From assembly GCA_902623545.1 (NCBI GenBank), contig CACNUI010000003.1:36436-100435 (forward strand): a DNA stretch of 64,000 nt. Reading direction: 5' to 3'. Below, one piece after another: positions 21,854 through 32,311 of this stretch. Under the pieces are notes generated by a model that was given only the letters and a program-made list of their open reading frames with translations, did not search any database and had not been told where the DNA came from. The translations under genes and the position numbers were made by a program. Origin of the DNA: an uncultured Alphaproteobacteria bacterium. Its GTDB lineage: Bacteria; Pseudomonadota; Alphaproteobacteria; HIMB59; GCA-002718135. Positions within the stretch are counted from its first letter, which is position 1; each line of letters begins with the position of its first letter.

Positions 21854-22264
21854 ATGTTAAAATGCTTTATACTTGCAACACTATTTTCGTCTATAGTTTT
21901 TCTGATTATTGATGTGATTTGGTTAAGTTATGCAACTAAGTCATTTTATAGACCATTAATTGGAAACCTTTTAACAGATAAGCCGGTTTTATGGGCAGCA
22001 GCACTCTTTTATATTTTATATGTTGCTGGAGTCGCAATAGTTGTAATTCAGCCATGCATACATGATAGCAGTATAATGAAAACAATATTTATAGGTTTTA
22101 TATTTGGTCTTGTTGCGTATGGAACATATAATTTAACAAATATGGCTGTTTTGAAAGGATGGTCTCCTACAGTAGTATTTGTAGATATGATTTGGGGAGG
22201 TTCTCTAACTGCATTTTCAGCAGGTTCAGGAATATTCATTGCAAAAAAAATATTAAATATATAG
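21854..22264 (+). CDS. Small integral membrane protein (DUF2177-like)
   Basis: 136 aa with about four hydrophobic helices. The family assignment is recalled, not searched. Confidence 0.6.
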   Translation: MLKCFILATLFSSIVFLIIDVIWLSYATKSFYRPLIGNLLTDKPVLWAAALFYILYVAGVAIVVIQPCIHDSSIMKTIFIGFIFGLVAYGTYNLTNMAVLKGWSPTVVFVDMIWGGSLTAFSAGSGIFIAKKILNI

Positions 22265-22268
22265 CAAC

Positions 22269-23150
22269 TTAATACAATCTTTTTAATCCATATTCCAAAA
22301 TATTCAAAAGTATTCCGTTTGATCTTAAAAAATTTTTATATTTTTTTTTAAAATTCTTAATTTTATTATTACAGATTTCTAATGCCTCTTCTTTACCTAC
22401 AGCTTTAGATAAAATACTTTTGCCTTGTTTAATATCTTTGCCTGGTGTTTTACCAATTTTTTTAAATGTCCCATTTTCATCAATAAAGTCATCAGCTATT
22501 TGAAATATTAATCCAAACAATAATCCATATTCCTTTGCAAATTTTATCTTCTCAGCTTTACAGTTTGCCAAAATAAATGGTGATGCGAAACAAAATTCAA
22601 ATAATCTACCAGTTTTATTTAAATACATATTTAAAATTTTATTCTTACCAATATTTTTATTTTCAAATTCTAAATCTAATGATTGACCTAATGCGAGACC
22701 TTTATGTCCCAGACATAAGGAAAGGTAGTTTACAACTTTTAAATTTGTACTGAAGTTTACATTTTTTAAACTACTAGATATTAACTCATATGCTAAATCA
22801 TGTAACGAGTCTCCTGCTAAAATTGCAGTGGCTTCGTTAAATTTTTTATGTGTGCTTAATTTTCCCCTTCTATAATCATCATCATCCATGCATGGTAAAT
22901 CATCATGAATTAATGAATATGAGTGAATACATTCTATAGAGGCACCTAGAATAAATGAGTTATTGTCATTGATTTTAGCAATTTTTGATGCCTGATTCAC
23001 TAAGAATGGCCTTATTCTTTTACCTCCATTATTTGAGCCATAATAAATTGCTTTTGATAGAGTTGAATTGTTAAGTTTTTCTTTTAGTAGTTTTTTAAAT
23101 TTTCTATCAAATTGTATTTTATTACCATTTATTAACGTTTTTAAATTCAT
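22269..23150 (-). CDS. ispA: Polyprenyl (farnesyl/geranylgeranyl) diphosphate synthase
   Basis: First Asp-rich motif LIHDDLPCMDDDDYRRG and second FQIADDFID. I prefer ATG 23150 (MNLKTL) over the track TTG at 23159. Confidence 0.9.
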   Translation of the reverse strand: MNLKTLINGNKIQFDRKFKKLLKEKLNNSTLSKAIYYGSNNGGKRIRPFLVNQASKIAKINDNNSFILGASIECIHSYSLIHDDLPCMDDDDYRRGKLSTHKKFNEATAILAGDSLHDLAYELISSSLKNVNFSTNLKVVNYLSLCLGHKGLALGQSLDLEFENKNIGKNKILNMYLNKTGRLFEFCFASPFILANCKAEKIKFAKEYGLLFGLIFQIADDFIDENGTFKKIGKTPGKDIKQGKSILSKAVGKEEALEICNNKIKNFKKKYKNFLRSNGILLNILEYGLKRLY

Positions 23151-23208
23151 TTCTAACAATTGTGTTTGAGATAATTTTTAAATTATTTAATACATTAAAA
23201 CTATTATT

Positions 23209-24246
23209 ATGAGAATAGAAGAAGAAATAAAGCTAGATTATTCAGATGTCCTTTTCAGACCTAAGAGAAGTACTTTAAAGAGTAGAAAAGACGTTGATTT
23301 AAATCGTACCTATAAATTTAAATATTCAAATTTTATATGGAAAGGTACACCAATTATTGCCTCAAATATGGATGGTGTAGGCGAAATAAACTTAGCAAAA
23401 AAATTATCATCTTATAAGTTGATGACTGCTCTAACTAAACAACATACAATCAAGCAAATTGAAGCTATATATAAGCTAAAAGATTTACCTAATTTTGTTG
23501 CTTTAAGCTGTGGTACAAATTTAGATAGTTTTACTAGATTAAATAAAATTTTAAAAAAATATCCAAAATTCCAATTTATATGTATTGACGTAGCTAATGG
23601 CTATTCAGAAAACTTTAGTCACTTTGTATCAAATGTGAGAAAAAAATATCCAAAAAAAACAATTATTGCAGGTAATGTTGTTACTGCAGATATGACTCAG
23701 GAACTAGTTTTAAGTGGCGCAGATATTGTAAAGGTTGGAATTGGGCCCGGAAGTGTTTGTACAACAAGAATTCAAACAGGAGTAGGCTATCCACAGCTTA
23801 GTGCAGTAATGGAGTGTGCTGATGCAGCACATGGATTAGGCGCTCATATAATTGCTGATGGTGGCTGTACATGCCCTGGTGATGTTGCAAAAGGATTTGG
23901 AGCTGGAGCAGATTTTGTAATGCTTGGTGGTATGTTAGCAGGACATAGAGAAGGTGGAGGAAGTATTATTAAAGAAAAAGGAAAACAATTTATTGAATTT
24001 TATGGATCTAGCTCTGAAGAAGCTAATGAAAAACATTACGGAGGTTTAGCTGATTATAGATCTTCAGAAGGTAAGAAAGTAAAACTACCTCTTAAAAATT
24101 CTATTGATAAGACAATTAAAGATATTTTAGGAGGAGTAAGGAGTAGCTGTACATATGTTGGAGCACCTTCATTAAAACAACTAAGTAAGTGCACAACATT
24201 TGTAAGAGTAAATAATCAATATAATGATACTTTTGGAAAAATATAA
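23209..24246 (+). CDS. guaC: GMP reductase
   Basis: 345 aa IMPDH/GMPR-fold protein without a CBS insert. Motif [14 protein letters not shown]. Confidence 0.9.
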   Translation: MRIEEEIKLDYSDVLFRPKRSTLKSRKDVDLNRTYKFKYSNFIWKGTPIIASNMDGVGEINLAKKLSSYKLMTALTKQHTIKQIEAIYKLKDLPNFVALSCGTNLDSFTRLNKILKKYPKFQFICIDVANGYSENFSHFVSNVRKKYPKKTIIAGNVVTADMTQELVLSGADIVKVGIGPGSVCTTRIQTGVGYPQLSAVMECADAAHGLGAHIIADGGCTCPGDVAKGFGAGADFVMLGGMLAGHREGGGSIIKEKGKQFIEFYGSSSEEANEKHYGGLADYRSSEGKKVKLPLKNSIDKTIKDILGGVRSSCTYVGAPSLKQLSKCTTFVRVNNQYNDTFGKI

Positions 24247-24247
24247 C

Positions 24248-25834
24248 TTAGTAGCCAATGGCCATACCATCTTTCCTAGGGTCTGAACCACCAACTAAAA
24301 TTCCATTTTTTCTATCGATCTTGATACACTGACCACCTCCAATTGCATTTTTTTCTATTGATATAGTGTGACCAATAGACTGTAATTTTTGAATTACCTC
24401 AGTATTTAACGATTTTTCTACTTTAAGAACATTATCTAAAGCAAATGTTCGAGGAAAGTCTAATGCCTCCTGAACACTCAAATTATAATCAATTATGTTT
24501 TGTAAAACATGAGTTTGACCAATTGGTTGATATTGACCACCCATTACTCCATAACAAAGAACAGTTTCATTATTCTCATTTGTCACTAGTCCTGGTATTA
24601 TTGTATGAAGAGGTCTTTTGCCACCTTCAATAGAATTTGGATGACTGTCTTCTAATCTGAAATTTACTCCACGGTTTTGAAAAAGAATTCCAGTTTCTTT
24701 ACTTGTTATACAACTTCCAAAACTATGACATATTGAATTAATAAAAGAAACAGCATTTAAATCTTTGTCAACAACTGATAAATAGACTGTTTCTGGATTT
24801 GAGGTTACATATAACTTTTTAGATGTATAAACTTTATTTAAATCAATTTTTGAAGATAAATTATTTATCGAATCTTTATTTAATAATTTTTCTGTTTCAA
24901 CTTTATTAAATAATGGATCACCAAATAAAGTTTCTTTTAATTCATAACATACTTTCGTTATTTCAGACTGTAAATGATATCTTTCAAAACTTGACTGACT
25001 ATATTGACTAGTTTTTAATTTTTCATGTAAAGCCATCATTAATAAAACTACAATTCCAGGACCATTAAGAGGGCATTGATGTATTTTTAATTTTTTATAG
25101 TCATCATAAATTGTTGGTGAAAATATTGTTTTCTGAGAATTAAAGTCATCTTCAGTATGTAAGCCACCTAAATTTTTTAATGTCTCAACCATATCTTTTG
25201 TTATTTCACTATTGTAAAAACCTTCAATTTTATTTTTGCTTATTTTTTTTAATGTATTTGCCAAAGGAATATTTTTAAATATTTCTCCAAATTTGTAACT
25301 TTTATTATTTTTTAAAAAAATTTTTTTACTAAATTCATTTTTTAAAAGTAATCCCTCTTTTTCTTTCCAAGATTTTGCTTCTACTTCATGTATAGGAAAA
25401 CCATTTCTTGCATAATTTTCAGCACCTTCTAGTACTTCTTCCAAATCTAGACATCCATATTTATCATGCATCGAGCACCAAGCATGAACTGCACCTGGAA
25501 TTGTTACTGAATGTGCGCTTGTTAATCCAATTTTATTTATTTTATTTTTATTAAAGAATTCCAAATTAGCTTTTTTAGGCGCAATACCAGATCCATTTAC
25601 TGATACGGGATTTTTACCATTCAATGCGATTATAGCAAAACAATCACCACCCAAACCTGTTGCACTTGGACAAACAACAGATTGTACAGCACTCGCAGCA
25701 ATAGCCGCATCTATCGCGTTTCCTCCTTTTTGCAGTATTTTTACAGCCTCCATTGAGCTAAGAGGATTTGAGGTTGCTGCCATTCCATTTTGGGCTAAAA
25801 CATTGGATCTTCCAGGAAATGATAACTGTCTCAT
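24248..25834 (-). CDS. ggt: Gamma-glutamyltransferase family protein (no obvious signal peptide)
   Basis: Autoprocessing-site-like PETVYLSVVD (compare TTHYSVVD in E. coli GGT), GLGGDCFAI and GGSDPRKDG. I prefer ATG 25834 (MRQLSFPGRS) over the track TTG at 25870. Confidence 0.85.
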   Translation of the reverse strand: MRQLSFPGRSNVLAQNGMAATSNPLSSMEAVKILQKGGNAIDAAIAASAVQSVVCPSATGLGGDCFAIIALNGKNPVSVNGSGIAPKKANLEFFNKNKINKIGLTSAHSVTIPGAVHAWCSMHDKYGCLDLEEVLEGAENYARNGFPIHEVEAKSWKEKEGLLLKNEFSKKIFLKNNKSYKFGEIFKNIPLANTLKKISKNKIEGFYNSEITKDMVETLKNLGGLHTEDDFNSQKTIFSPTIYDDYKKLKIHQCPLNGPGIVVLLMMALHEKLKTSQYSQSSFERYHLQSEITKVCYELKETLFGDPLFNKVETEKLLNKDSINNLSSKIDLNKVYTSKKLYVTSNPETVYLSVVDKDLNAVSFINSICHSFGSCITSKETGILFQNRGVNFRLEDSHPNSIEGGKRPLHTIIPGLVTNENNETVLCYGVMGGQYQPIGQTHVLQNIIDYNLSVQEALDFPRTFALDNVLKVEKSLNTEVIQKLQSIGHTISIEKNAIGGGQCIKIDRKNGILVGGSDPRKDGMAIGY

Positions 25835-25896
25835 AATTAATTGTTTATTATTATATGTTTGACAAAACAAATCCTAGAATTTAAAGGCTTTTTTTT

Positions 25897-26022
25897 ATGA
25901 AAGTCAAATGCTCACTTAAATCAGCTAAAACGAGAGATAAGGATTGTAAACTTGTGCGAAGAAAAGGTAGAATTTATGTTATTAACAAGAAAAATCCTAG
26001 AATGAAAGCTCGTCAAGGCTAA
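25897..26022 (+). CDS. rpmJ: 50S ribosomal protein L36
   Basis: Hand-translated 41-aa [44 protein letters not shown], typical of alphaproteobacterial L36. Below the track size cutoff. Its 3' end overlaps the trxB stop by 4 nt. Confidence 0.9.
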   Translation: MKVKCSLKSAKTRDKDCKLVRRKGRIYVINKKNPRMKARQG

Positions 26023-26960
26023 AAACTTTCAGCAATATATTTCTCTGCCTCTAAAGCTGCCATACAACCAGTTCCGGCTGCTGTCACAGCTTGTCTATAA
26101 ATTTTGTCTTTAACATCTCCTGCAGCAAAAACCCCCTTTACACTTGTTTGAGTACTATCATTTTTTGTAATAATATAATTTTCATCGTCCATCTCTAATT
26201 TACCCTTAAATAATGATGTTGCAGGATCATGACCAATTGCAATGAATGCACCATTTGTATCTATTGTTGATTTAATCTTATTTTTTGTATTTTCTAATAT
26301 TACTTTTGTTAAAGTATATGGATTCTCATAACCAATGAACTCTAAAACTTTATGATTCCAAATTACTTCAATTTTATTATTATTAAATAGTCTATCTTGA
26401 AGTATTTTCTCTGCTCTCAATTGATCCCTTCTATGCACAAGTATAACTTTTGATGCAAATTTTGTAAGAAATAAGGCTTCTTCTACAGCACTGTTTCCAC
26501 CCCCAACAACAATAACTTTTTGATCTTTAAAGAAAAAACCATCACAAGTTGCACAGGCTGATATTCCAAATCCCTTAAATTTATTCTCACTTTCTATATT
26601 TAACCATCTAGCTTGTGCTCCAGTTGCAATAATAACTGATTTAGAATTAAATTCTGTACCAGACTCCGTTTTTGAGACAAACGGATTTCTTGAAAAATCT
26701 ACTGATGTAACTATGTCATTATGAAATATTGTACCAACATTTAGTGCTTGCTTTTTCATTTCTTCCATGAGCCATGGACCTTGAATAACATCACCAAACC
26801 CTGGATAATTTTCAACATCTGTTGTAATTGTTAATTGACCACCAGGTTCTAATCCAGATACTAAATGAGGTTTTAAATTGGCTCTTGCTGCATATATTGC
26901 AGCAGTGTATCCTGCTGGCCCAGATCCAATTATTAGAACATTATTCTCAATTTTATTCAT
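26019..26960 (-). CDS. trxB: Thioredoxin-disulfide reductase
   Basis: 313 aa with [14 protein letters not shown], the redox centre CATCDG and [10 protein letters not shown]. Confidence 0.95.
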   Translation of the reverse strand: MNKIENNVLIIGSGPAGYTAAIYAARANLKPHLVSGLEPGGQLTITTDVENYPGFGDVIQGPWLMEEMKKQALNVGTIFHNDIVTSVDFSRNPFVSKTESGTEFNSKSVIIATGAQARWLNIESENKFKGFGISACATCDGFFFKDQKVIVVGGGNSAVEEALFLTKFASKVILVHRRDQLRAEKILQDRLFNNNKIEVIWNHKVLEFIGYENPYTLTKVILENTKNKIKSTIDTNGAFIAIGHDPATSLFKGKLEMDDENYIITKNDSTQTSVKGVFAAGDVKDKIYRQAVTAAGTGCMAALEAEKYIAESF

Positions 26961-26981
26961 TAATATTATGCAATTAATATT

Positions 26982-27602
26982 TTAATTATTTTTTTCAACA
27001 GGCCAATCAGTTATAAAAGAAACATAGTTAACCTGAATACATCTTCTTTCTTTTTTAATTTCTTTTAATTCAAGACCGTGCCACGTATCTTCTCCAGATG
27101 AAAAAAAATAACCAGAATTATGGATATATTCAATAGTCTTTACAAGTTTAAAATTATTATTATATAAATCGGTTCCTAAATTTGAAGACTCATTATAAGG
27201 ATTAGCCCAAATCATCATTGTCATTAATTTTTCTGAAATATCTTTATGCGGCTTTAACCAAAATCCTTTTTTATCACCAATTATTTCTAATCTTACGTAA
27301 GAATTTGATAGATCTTTGTTTATTAGATTGGAAATTTGGTTGACTAAATTTGAGCTTTGAAGTGAATTTATTAAATTTTTAAGATTTGGAAAATTATTGC
27401 AATTATTTTTATCAACAAATAGTCTTAATTTACCATCCAGCCCCTTTCCAGTGTGATCTGCAGCTCTTGTTCCATCATATGCCCGATCACCGCTTGGTAG
27501 ATCTGAATATGAAATCTCATCTAATGTGTCTTTGTCTAGGCAATTGTTAAAGATCCAGTGTTTGAATGGGTATTCTTCATGAGTTATATTAGATAGATTC
27601 AT
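26982..27602 (-). CDS. Putative 2OG-Fe(II) oxygenase-fold protein (hypothetical)
   Basis: 206 aa. Candidate facial triad HxD...H (LKPHKD ... DTWHGL) and a distal Arg (ERRCIQVNY), arranged as in 2-oxoglutarate dioxygenases. Weak, motif-level call. Confidence 0.5.
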   Translation of the reverse strand: MNLSNITHEEYPFKHWIFNNCLDKDTLDEISYSDLPSGDRAYDGTRAADHTGKGLDGKLRLFVDKNNCNNFPNLKNLINSLQSSNLVNQISNLINKDLSNSYVRLEIIGDKKGFWLKPHKDISEKLMTMMIWANPYNESSNLGTDLYNNNFKLVKTIEYIHNSGYFFSSGEDTWHGLELKEIKKERRCIQVNYVSFITDWPVEKNN

Positions 27603-28548
27603 TAATTCCTTCTATAATCCTTTCTTTTATAATTCCAGCGATTCTTTTACTTTCATCAAGTTTATTATAAGTCCAATATTCAAGTTTCTTAGTAAACTCA
27701 AGATCTCTAGTAATATTCAATTTTCTAAACTCATTATGGAACCTTTCAAATCTTAGACTTTTTCTTTTAAATGGTAATTGATAAACATAAATTGGTTTTC
27801 CAGATATTGAAGCCTCAGAAATCATTGATGTTGAATCTGATGTAATAATAAAATGTTTTGAATTATAGATTGCAAATTCATATGGATTTTTTCCATTGCC
27901 CAGCCACAGATTGGCAATTGATGATAATTCATTACTTAAAAAATCTTTAATCTTCTTACTTGTGCGTCTTGAAGTAATTATTAGTAATTCTATTTTTTTA
28001 TTTTCTTGTTTTAAGAGTTTAATTTGTTTACAAATATTATAGGCCTCTTCTAAATTAAATAAATAATGGTTATTTTCTCCACCAATTATACATGAAACTA
28101 AATTTTTTGTATTTATATTAAAATTTTGATTAGAAACTTTTTCTTTCTTAAAATTATGAATAGAGCCAACAGAGTTTATTACATTTCGACCTATAAAATC
28201 ATCATGATTTGGTGCAATTATGTAATTGAAATATTTTGAAGACATTTTTGGATTTTGTATATGAATGTTAATAACTTGAGGAAATTTTTTTTTGAGATAA
28301 GTAGATAGATATACACTTTTTCTTCCACAACTAATTATAATATTTGGATTACTATTTGGTAATTTATTTTTAAATATCCATTTATAAACAGGTAAAAATC
28401 CAGGTTGTAATTTATTCCATGGAAAAAATACATCTGTTTTTATTTCTGCAATATTTTTACCTAATTCAAATGCTAATCCTCGTGTTTGGCTAATCATACC
28501 TTGAGAGCCATCAGTTAATGTCCAGATTTTTGGATTATTTATGTTCAA
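27589..28548 (-). CDS. ELM1/DUF1022 family protein (mitochondrial-fission-ELM1-like, GT-B-like fold, function unknown in bacteria)
   Basis: 319 aa. The N-terminus IWTLTDGSQGMISQTRGLAFELG and overall length match my recollection of the DUF1022/ELM1 family. Overlaps greA by 4 nt and the downstream ORF by 14 nt. Confidence 0.6.
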   Translation of the reverse strand: MNINNPKIWTLTDGSQGMISQTRGLAFELGKNIAEIKTDVFFPWNKLQPGFLPVYKWIFKNKLPNSNPNIIISCGRKSVYLSTYLKKKFPQVINIHIQNPKMSSKYFNYIIAPNHDDFIGRNVINSVGSIHNFKKEKVSNQNFNINTKNLVSCIIGGENNHYLFNLEEAYNICKQIKLLKQENKKIELLIITSRRTSKKIKDFLSNELSSIANLWLGNGKNPYEFAIYNSKHFIITSDSTSMISEASISGKPIYVYQLPFKRKSLRFERFHNEFRKLNITRDLEFTKKLEYWTYNKLDESKRIAGIIKERIIEGINESI

Positions 28549-29018
28549 ATGTACTTTACAGATATTATTGTATAGCTTTTTATACCTTTTGGGCTATTAA
28601 TTTCAACACTGTCATCTTTTGATTTTCCAATTAATCCTCTTGCCAATGGACTGTTAATTGATATTTTTTTATTTTCTATATCTGATTCATATTCTCCAAC
28701 AATTTGATATTTCTGTTTTTTTCCATCATCATCATCTTCTATTTCGACGGTTGCACCAAATTTTATATCTTTGCCGCTCATATTTTTTATATCGATAACT
28801 TCAGCTCTACTAATTGAACTTTCTAAGTCTGCTATTCTTCCTTCAATAAGGCTTTGTTGATCTTTGGCATATTGATATTCAGCATTTTCTGATAAATCAC
28901 CATGTCCTCTTGCTTCAGCAATCGCAGCTATAATATTAGGCCTATCTTCTGATGTTAATTTTTTTAATTCATCTTGAAGTTTTAAATAACCCTCTTTTGT
29001 CATTGGAATTTTATTCAT
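28545..29018 (-). CDS. greA: Transcription elongation factor GreA
   Basis: 157 aa with MTKEGYLKLQDEL and the acidic tip GDLSENAEY. Confidence 0.95.
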   Translation of the reverse strand: MNKIPMTKEGYLKLQDELKKLTSEDRPNIIAAIAEARGHGDLSENAEYQYAKDQQSLIEGRIADLESSISRAEVIDIKNMSGKDIKFGATVEIEDDDDGKKQKYQIVGEYESDIENKKISINSPLARGLIGKSKDDSVEINSPKGIKSYTIISVKYI

Positions 29019-29024
29019 AAATAC

Positions 29025-29053
29025 ATGATGTTTTATTTATTTTTTTAAGTCAA
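29025..29053 (-). promoter_or_regulatory. Candidate sigma-70 promoter for greA (TTGACT-17 nt-CATCAT), which would give a near-leaderless mRNA
   Basis: On the minus strand, TTGACT lies at 29053-29048, followed by a 17-nt spacer, CATCAT at 29030-25, 6 nt, then the greA ATG at 29018. The -35 element lies inside the proximal copy of the tandem repeat. The -10 is weak. Confidence 0.25.
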
Positions 29054-29084
29054 CAAAATTAATTTTTTAAGTCAACAAAATTAA
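29041..29084. repeat. Perfect 2 x 22 bp tandem direct repeat (TTTTTTAAGTCAACAAAATTAA)
   Basis: Copies at 29041-29062 and 29063-29084 are identical by direct reading. The second copy overlaps the carB stop codon (29081-83). On the minus strand each copy contains TTGACT. Confidence 0.95.
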
Positions 29085-32000
29085 TTTATAGTCTGCAAGC
29101 TCCTAATCGTAAAATCATTATTTCTAATATGATCTATTGCATCAACTGCAATTCTAGCTCCAGCTATTGTTGTGTAATATGGTATATTATACATCAATGA
29201 GGTTCTTCTTATACTATAACTATCTCTTATTGAGGTTTGAGACTTTGTAGTATTAATTACTAGATCAATTTCATTTTTTATTAAAGAGTCAACTATGTGC
29301 GGGCTTCCTTCTTTAACTTTATTAATTTGCGTAGCATTAATATTATTATCATTTAAATATTTTGCAGTTCCTTTTGTTGCAATCAATTTAAATTTCATCT
29401 CAAGTAATTTTTTTGCTGTAGAAATAATATTTTCTTTATTACCATCGTCGATAGAAATAAATACATTGCCTTTTGATGGCAATAAATTTCCACAAGCAAT
29501 TTGACTTTTTATGTAAGATGATAGAAAAGTTTTATCTATTCCCATTACCTCACCAGTAGATTTCATTTCTGGTCCTAAAATTAAATCCACACCATCAAGT
29601 TTATTGAAAGGAAAAACTGATTCTTTAACACTATAAGTTGTTAATTTTGATTGTTTATAATTCGCTAGAATATCTTTTAAATTATCTCCAATCATGGTCT
29701 TTGCTGCAATTTTTGCAATTGGAATTCCTCTTGCTTTAGCAACAAAAGGAACTGTTCTACTAGCCCTAGGATTTACTTCTAAAACATAAATTTTTTTATT
29801 TTTAATAGCTAACTGAGTATTCATTAACCCTATAACATTAATTTTGTTTGCGATACTGCTGACCCATTCAATAATCTGATCTTGAACATCTTGATTAATA
29901 GAGTAAGGTGGAAGTGAACAAGCACTATCACCAGAATGTATACCAGCCTCTTCAATATGTTCCATTATTCCTGCAACAAATATTTCTCCATTTTTATCTC
30001 TAATTATATCAACATCAATTTCTTTGGCATTTTCTAAATATTGATCAATCAAAATTACATTGTTAGCTGAAACTTGCATTGCTTCATTTGCAAAAGAGTA
30101 TAAATTTTCAGAATTGTAAGCAATTTGCATTGCTCTACCTCCTAATACATATGATGGCCTTATTAAAACAGGATAACCAATTTCTGAAGCTATGCTTTTA
30201 GTTTGTTCTATAGAATTTGCAAATCCATTCTTAGGTTGATTAATATTTAATTCATTTAATATTTCACTAAATCTGTCTCTATCCTCTGCAAGATCAATTG
30301 CTTCAGTTGAAGTGCCGATAATTTTTATACCCGCCAACTCAATCTCTTTAGCAATTTTTAATGGTGTTTGACCACCGAATTGTACTAAAGCTCCCAGCAC
30401 ATTTCCATTCGATGACTCTTTATTGTATATCTCTATAACACTTTCTGCAGATAGTGGCTCGAAATATAATCTATCAGCAGTATCATAATCGGTAGAAACA
30501 GTTTCAGGATTGCAATTTATCATTACAGTTTCAATACCTTTTTCTTGCAATGCATAAACAGCGTGAACACAACAATAATCAAATTCAATTCCTTGACCAA
30601 TCCGGTTTGGCCCGCCACCCAATATTATAACTTTATTTTTATTTGTGGGGTTAGATTCGCAAAATTTTATATTTTCAAATTCCCAGTCATAAGTTGAATA
30701 TAGATATGGTGTCTTTGATTTAAATTCACCTGCACATGTATCAACTAATCTGTATACGGGATTAATTTTATTTTTGTTTCTAAATTCTCGTATTTCTAAT
30801 TCTGTTATATTTAAAATTGATGAAATTTTTTTATCTGAGAATCCATTTTTTTTAGCAAGTAGAATTGTATTTTTATCTAATTTATTTTTAGACAATAAAC
30901 TTTCTAAATCAATTAGATATTTAATTTGTTTAATAAACCATTTGTCGTATTTTGTTGCATTATGAATATCTTCAATTTTCTCTCCATTTCTTAATGCTTC
31001 ACCTACAAGTAACAACCTTTCTGAGGACTGTAATTTGAGCTCTTCAATTATATTTGAATTTAATTTATTTTTATTTTGAGGTTTATCTAATCCAGAAAGA
31101 CCATATTCAAGAGAGCTAAAACCTTTTTGTAAAGACTCATTAAATGACCTTCCAATACTCATAGCTTCACCAACTGATTTCATTGATGTTGTTAAGTATG
31201 AGTCAGCACCTTCAAATTTTTCAAATGTGAACCTAGGAATTTTTGTTACTATATAATCAATTGTTGGTTCAAAACTTGCTGGAGTTGTTGTAGTTATATC
31301 ATTTTGTAATTCATCCAACGTATATCCAATAGCAAGTTTGGCAGCTATTTTAGCTATGGGAAAGCCTGTTGCTTTTGAAGCAAGCGCTGACGATCTACTT
31401 ACTCTAGGGTTCATTTCAATAACATTTATTTCGCCATCTAAAGGATTTATTGCAAACTGCACATTTGATCCACCTGTATCTACGCCAATTTTTCTTAAAA
31501 CTTTTATGCTATCATTTCTTAAAACTTGATATTCTTTATCCGTTAATGTTAAGGAGGGTGCAACAGTAATACTATCTCCGGTATGAACTCCCATAGGATC
31601 TACGTTTTCAATAGAACAAACAATAATACAATTGTCTTTATTATCTCTTACAACTTCCATTTCAAATTCTTTCCATCCAGATACAGATTTTTCAACTAAT
31701 ATTTGATTTGTTGGACTTGCATTAAGACCTCTTTCAGATAATTTTTTAAATTCTATATCACTATATGCTACACCTCCTCCAGTACCTCCTAATGTAAAGC
31801 TTGGTCTAATTACTAAAGGTAATCCTAATTCTTTTTTAACTTTCTCGGCTTTATTTATATTATCTACAACAAAACTTTTAGGACATTTTAAACCAATTTC
31901 CCTCATAGCATCTTTAAACTTTTGTCTATCTTCAGCTATCTCTATTGCATCAGGATTTGCTCCTATCATTTTTACGTTGTATTTTTTTAGTATACCTGCT

Positions 32001-32311
32001 TTAAACAAATCCATGGAAACGTTTAATGCAGTTTGACCTCCCATTGTTGGAAGAAGAGCATCTGGTTTTTCAATCTTTATTATTCTTTCAACAAATTCTT
32101 TAGTTATTGGTTCAATATATGTTTGGTCAGCTAATTCTGGATCAGTCATAATCGTAGCTGGATTTGAATTAATCAAAATTATTTCATAACCCTCATCCTT
32201 AAGAGATTTACAAGCTTGTGCACCAGAATAATCAAACTCACATGCCTGACCAATTACAATTGGCCCAGCGCCCACAATCAAAATCTTTTTAATATCAGTT
32301 CTTTTTGGCAT
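29081..32311 (-). CDS. carB: Carbamoyl-phosphate synthase large subunit
   Basis: 1076 aa with duplicated ATP-grasp halves and a C-terminal MGS-like domain. The N-terminus [26 protein letters not shown] is typical. Confidence 0.97.
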   Translation of the reverse strand: MPKRTDIKKILIVGAGPIVIGQACEFDYSGAQACKSLKDEGYEIILINSNPATIMTDPELADQTYIEPITKEFVERIIKIEKPDALLPTMGGQTALNVSMDLFKAGILKKYNVKMIGANPDAIEIAEDRQKFKDAMREIGLKCPKSFVVDNINKAEKVKKELGLPLVIRPSFTLGGTGGGVAYSDIEFKKLSERGLNASPTNQILVEKSVSGWKEFEMEVVRDNKDNCIIVCSIENVDPMGVHTGDSITVAPSLTLTDKEYQVLRNDSIKVLRKIGVDTGGSNVQFAINPLDGEINVIEMNPRVSRSSALASKATGFPIAKIAAKLAIGYTLDELQNDITTTTPASFEPTIDYIVTKIPRFTFEKFEGADSYLTTSMKSVGEAMSIGRSFNESLQKGFSSLEYGLSGLDKPQNKNKLNSNIIEELKLQSSERLLLVGEALRNGEKIEDIHNATKYDKWFIKQIKYLIDLESLLSKNKLDKNTILLAKKNGFSDKKISSILNITELEIREFRNKNKINPVYRLVDTCAGEFKSKTPYLYSTYDWEFENIKFCESNPTNKNKVIILGGGPNRIGQGIEFDYCCVHAVYALQEKGIETVMINCNPETVSTDYDTADRLYFEPLSAESVIEIYNKESSNGNVLGALVQFGGQTPLKIAKEIELAGIKIIGTSTEAIDLAEDRDRFSEILNELNINQPKNGFANSIEQTKSIASEIGYPVLIRPSYVLGGRAMQIAYNSENLYSFANEAMQVSANNVILIDQYLENAKEIDVDIIRDKNGEIFVAGIMEHIEEAGIHSGDSACSLPPYSINQDVQDQIIEWVSSIANKINVIGLMNTQLAIKNKKIYVLEVNPRASRTVPFVAKARGIPIAKIAAKTMIGDNLKDILANYKQSKLTTYSVKESVFPFNKLDGVDLILGPEMKSTGEVMGIDKTFLSSYIKSQIACGNLLPSKGNVFISIDDGNKENIISTAKKLLEMKFKLIATKGTAKYLNDNNINATQINKVKEGSPHIVDSLIKNEIDLVINTTKSQTSIRDSYSIRRTSLMYNIPYYTTIAGARIAVDAIDHIRNNDFTIRSLQTIN

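Noticed and set aside
25869-26003. An 11-12-nt repeat AATCCTAGAAT upstream of and inside rpmJ
   Set aside because: Exact matches of this length are expected many times by chance in 64 kb of low-complexity AT-rich sequence. It forms no structure and shows no phasing.
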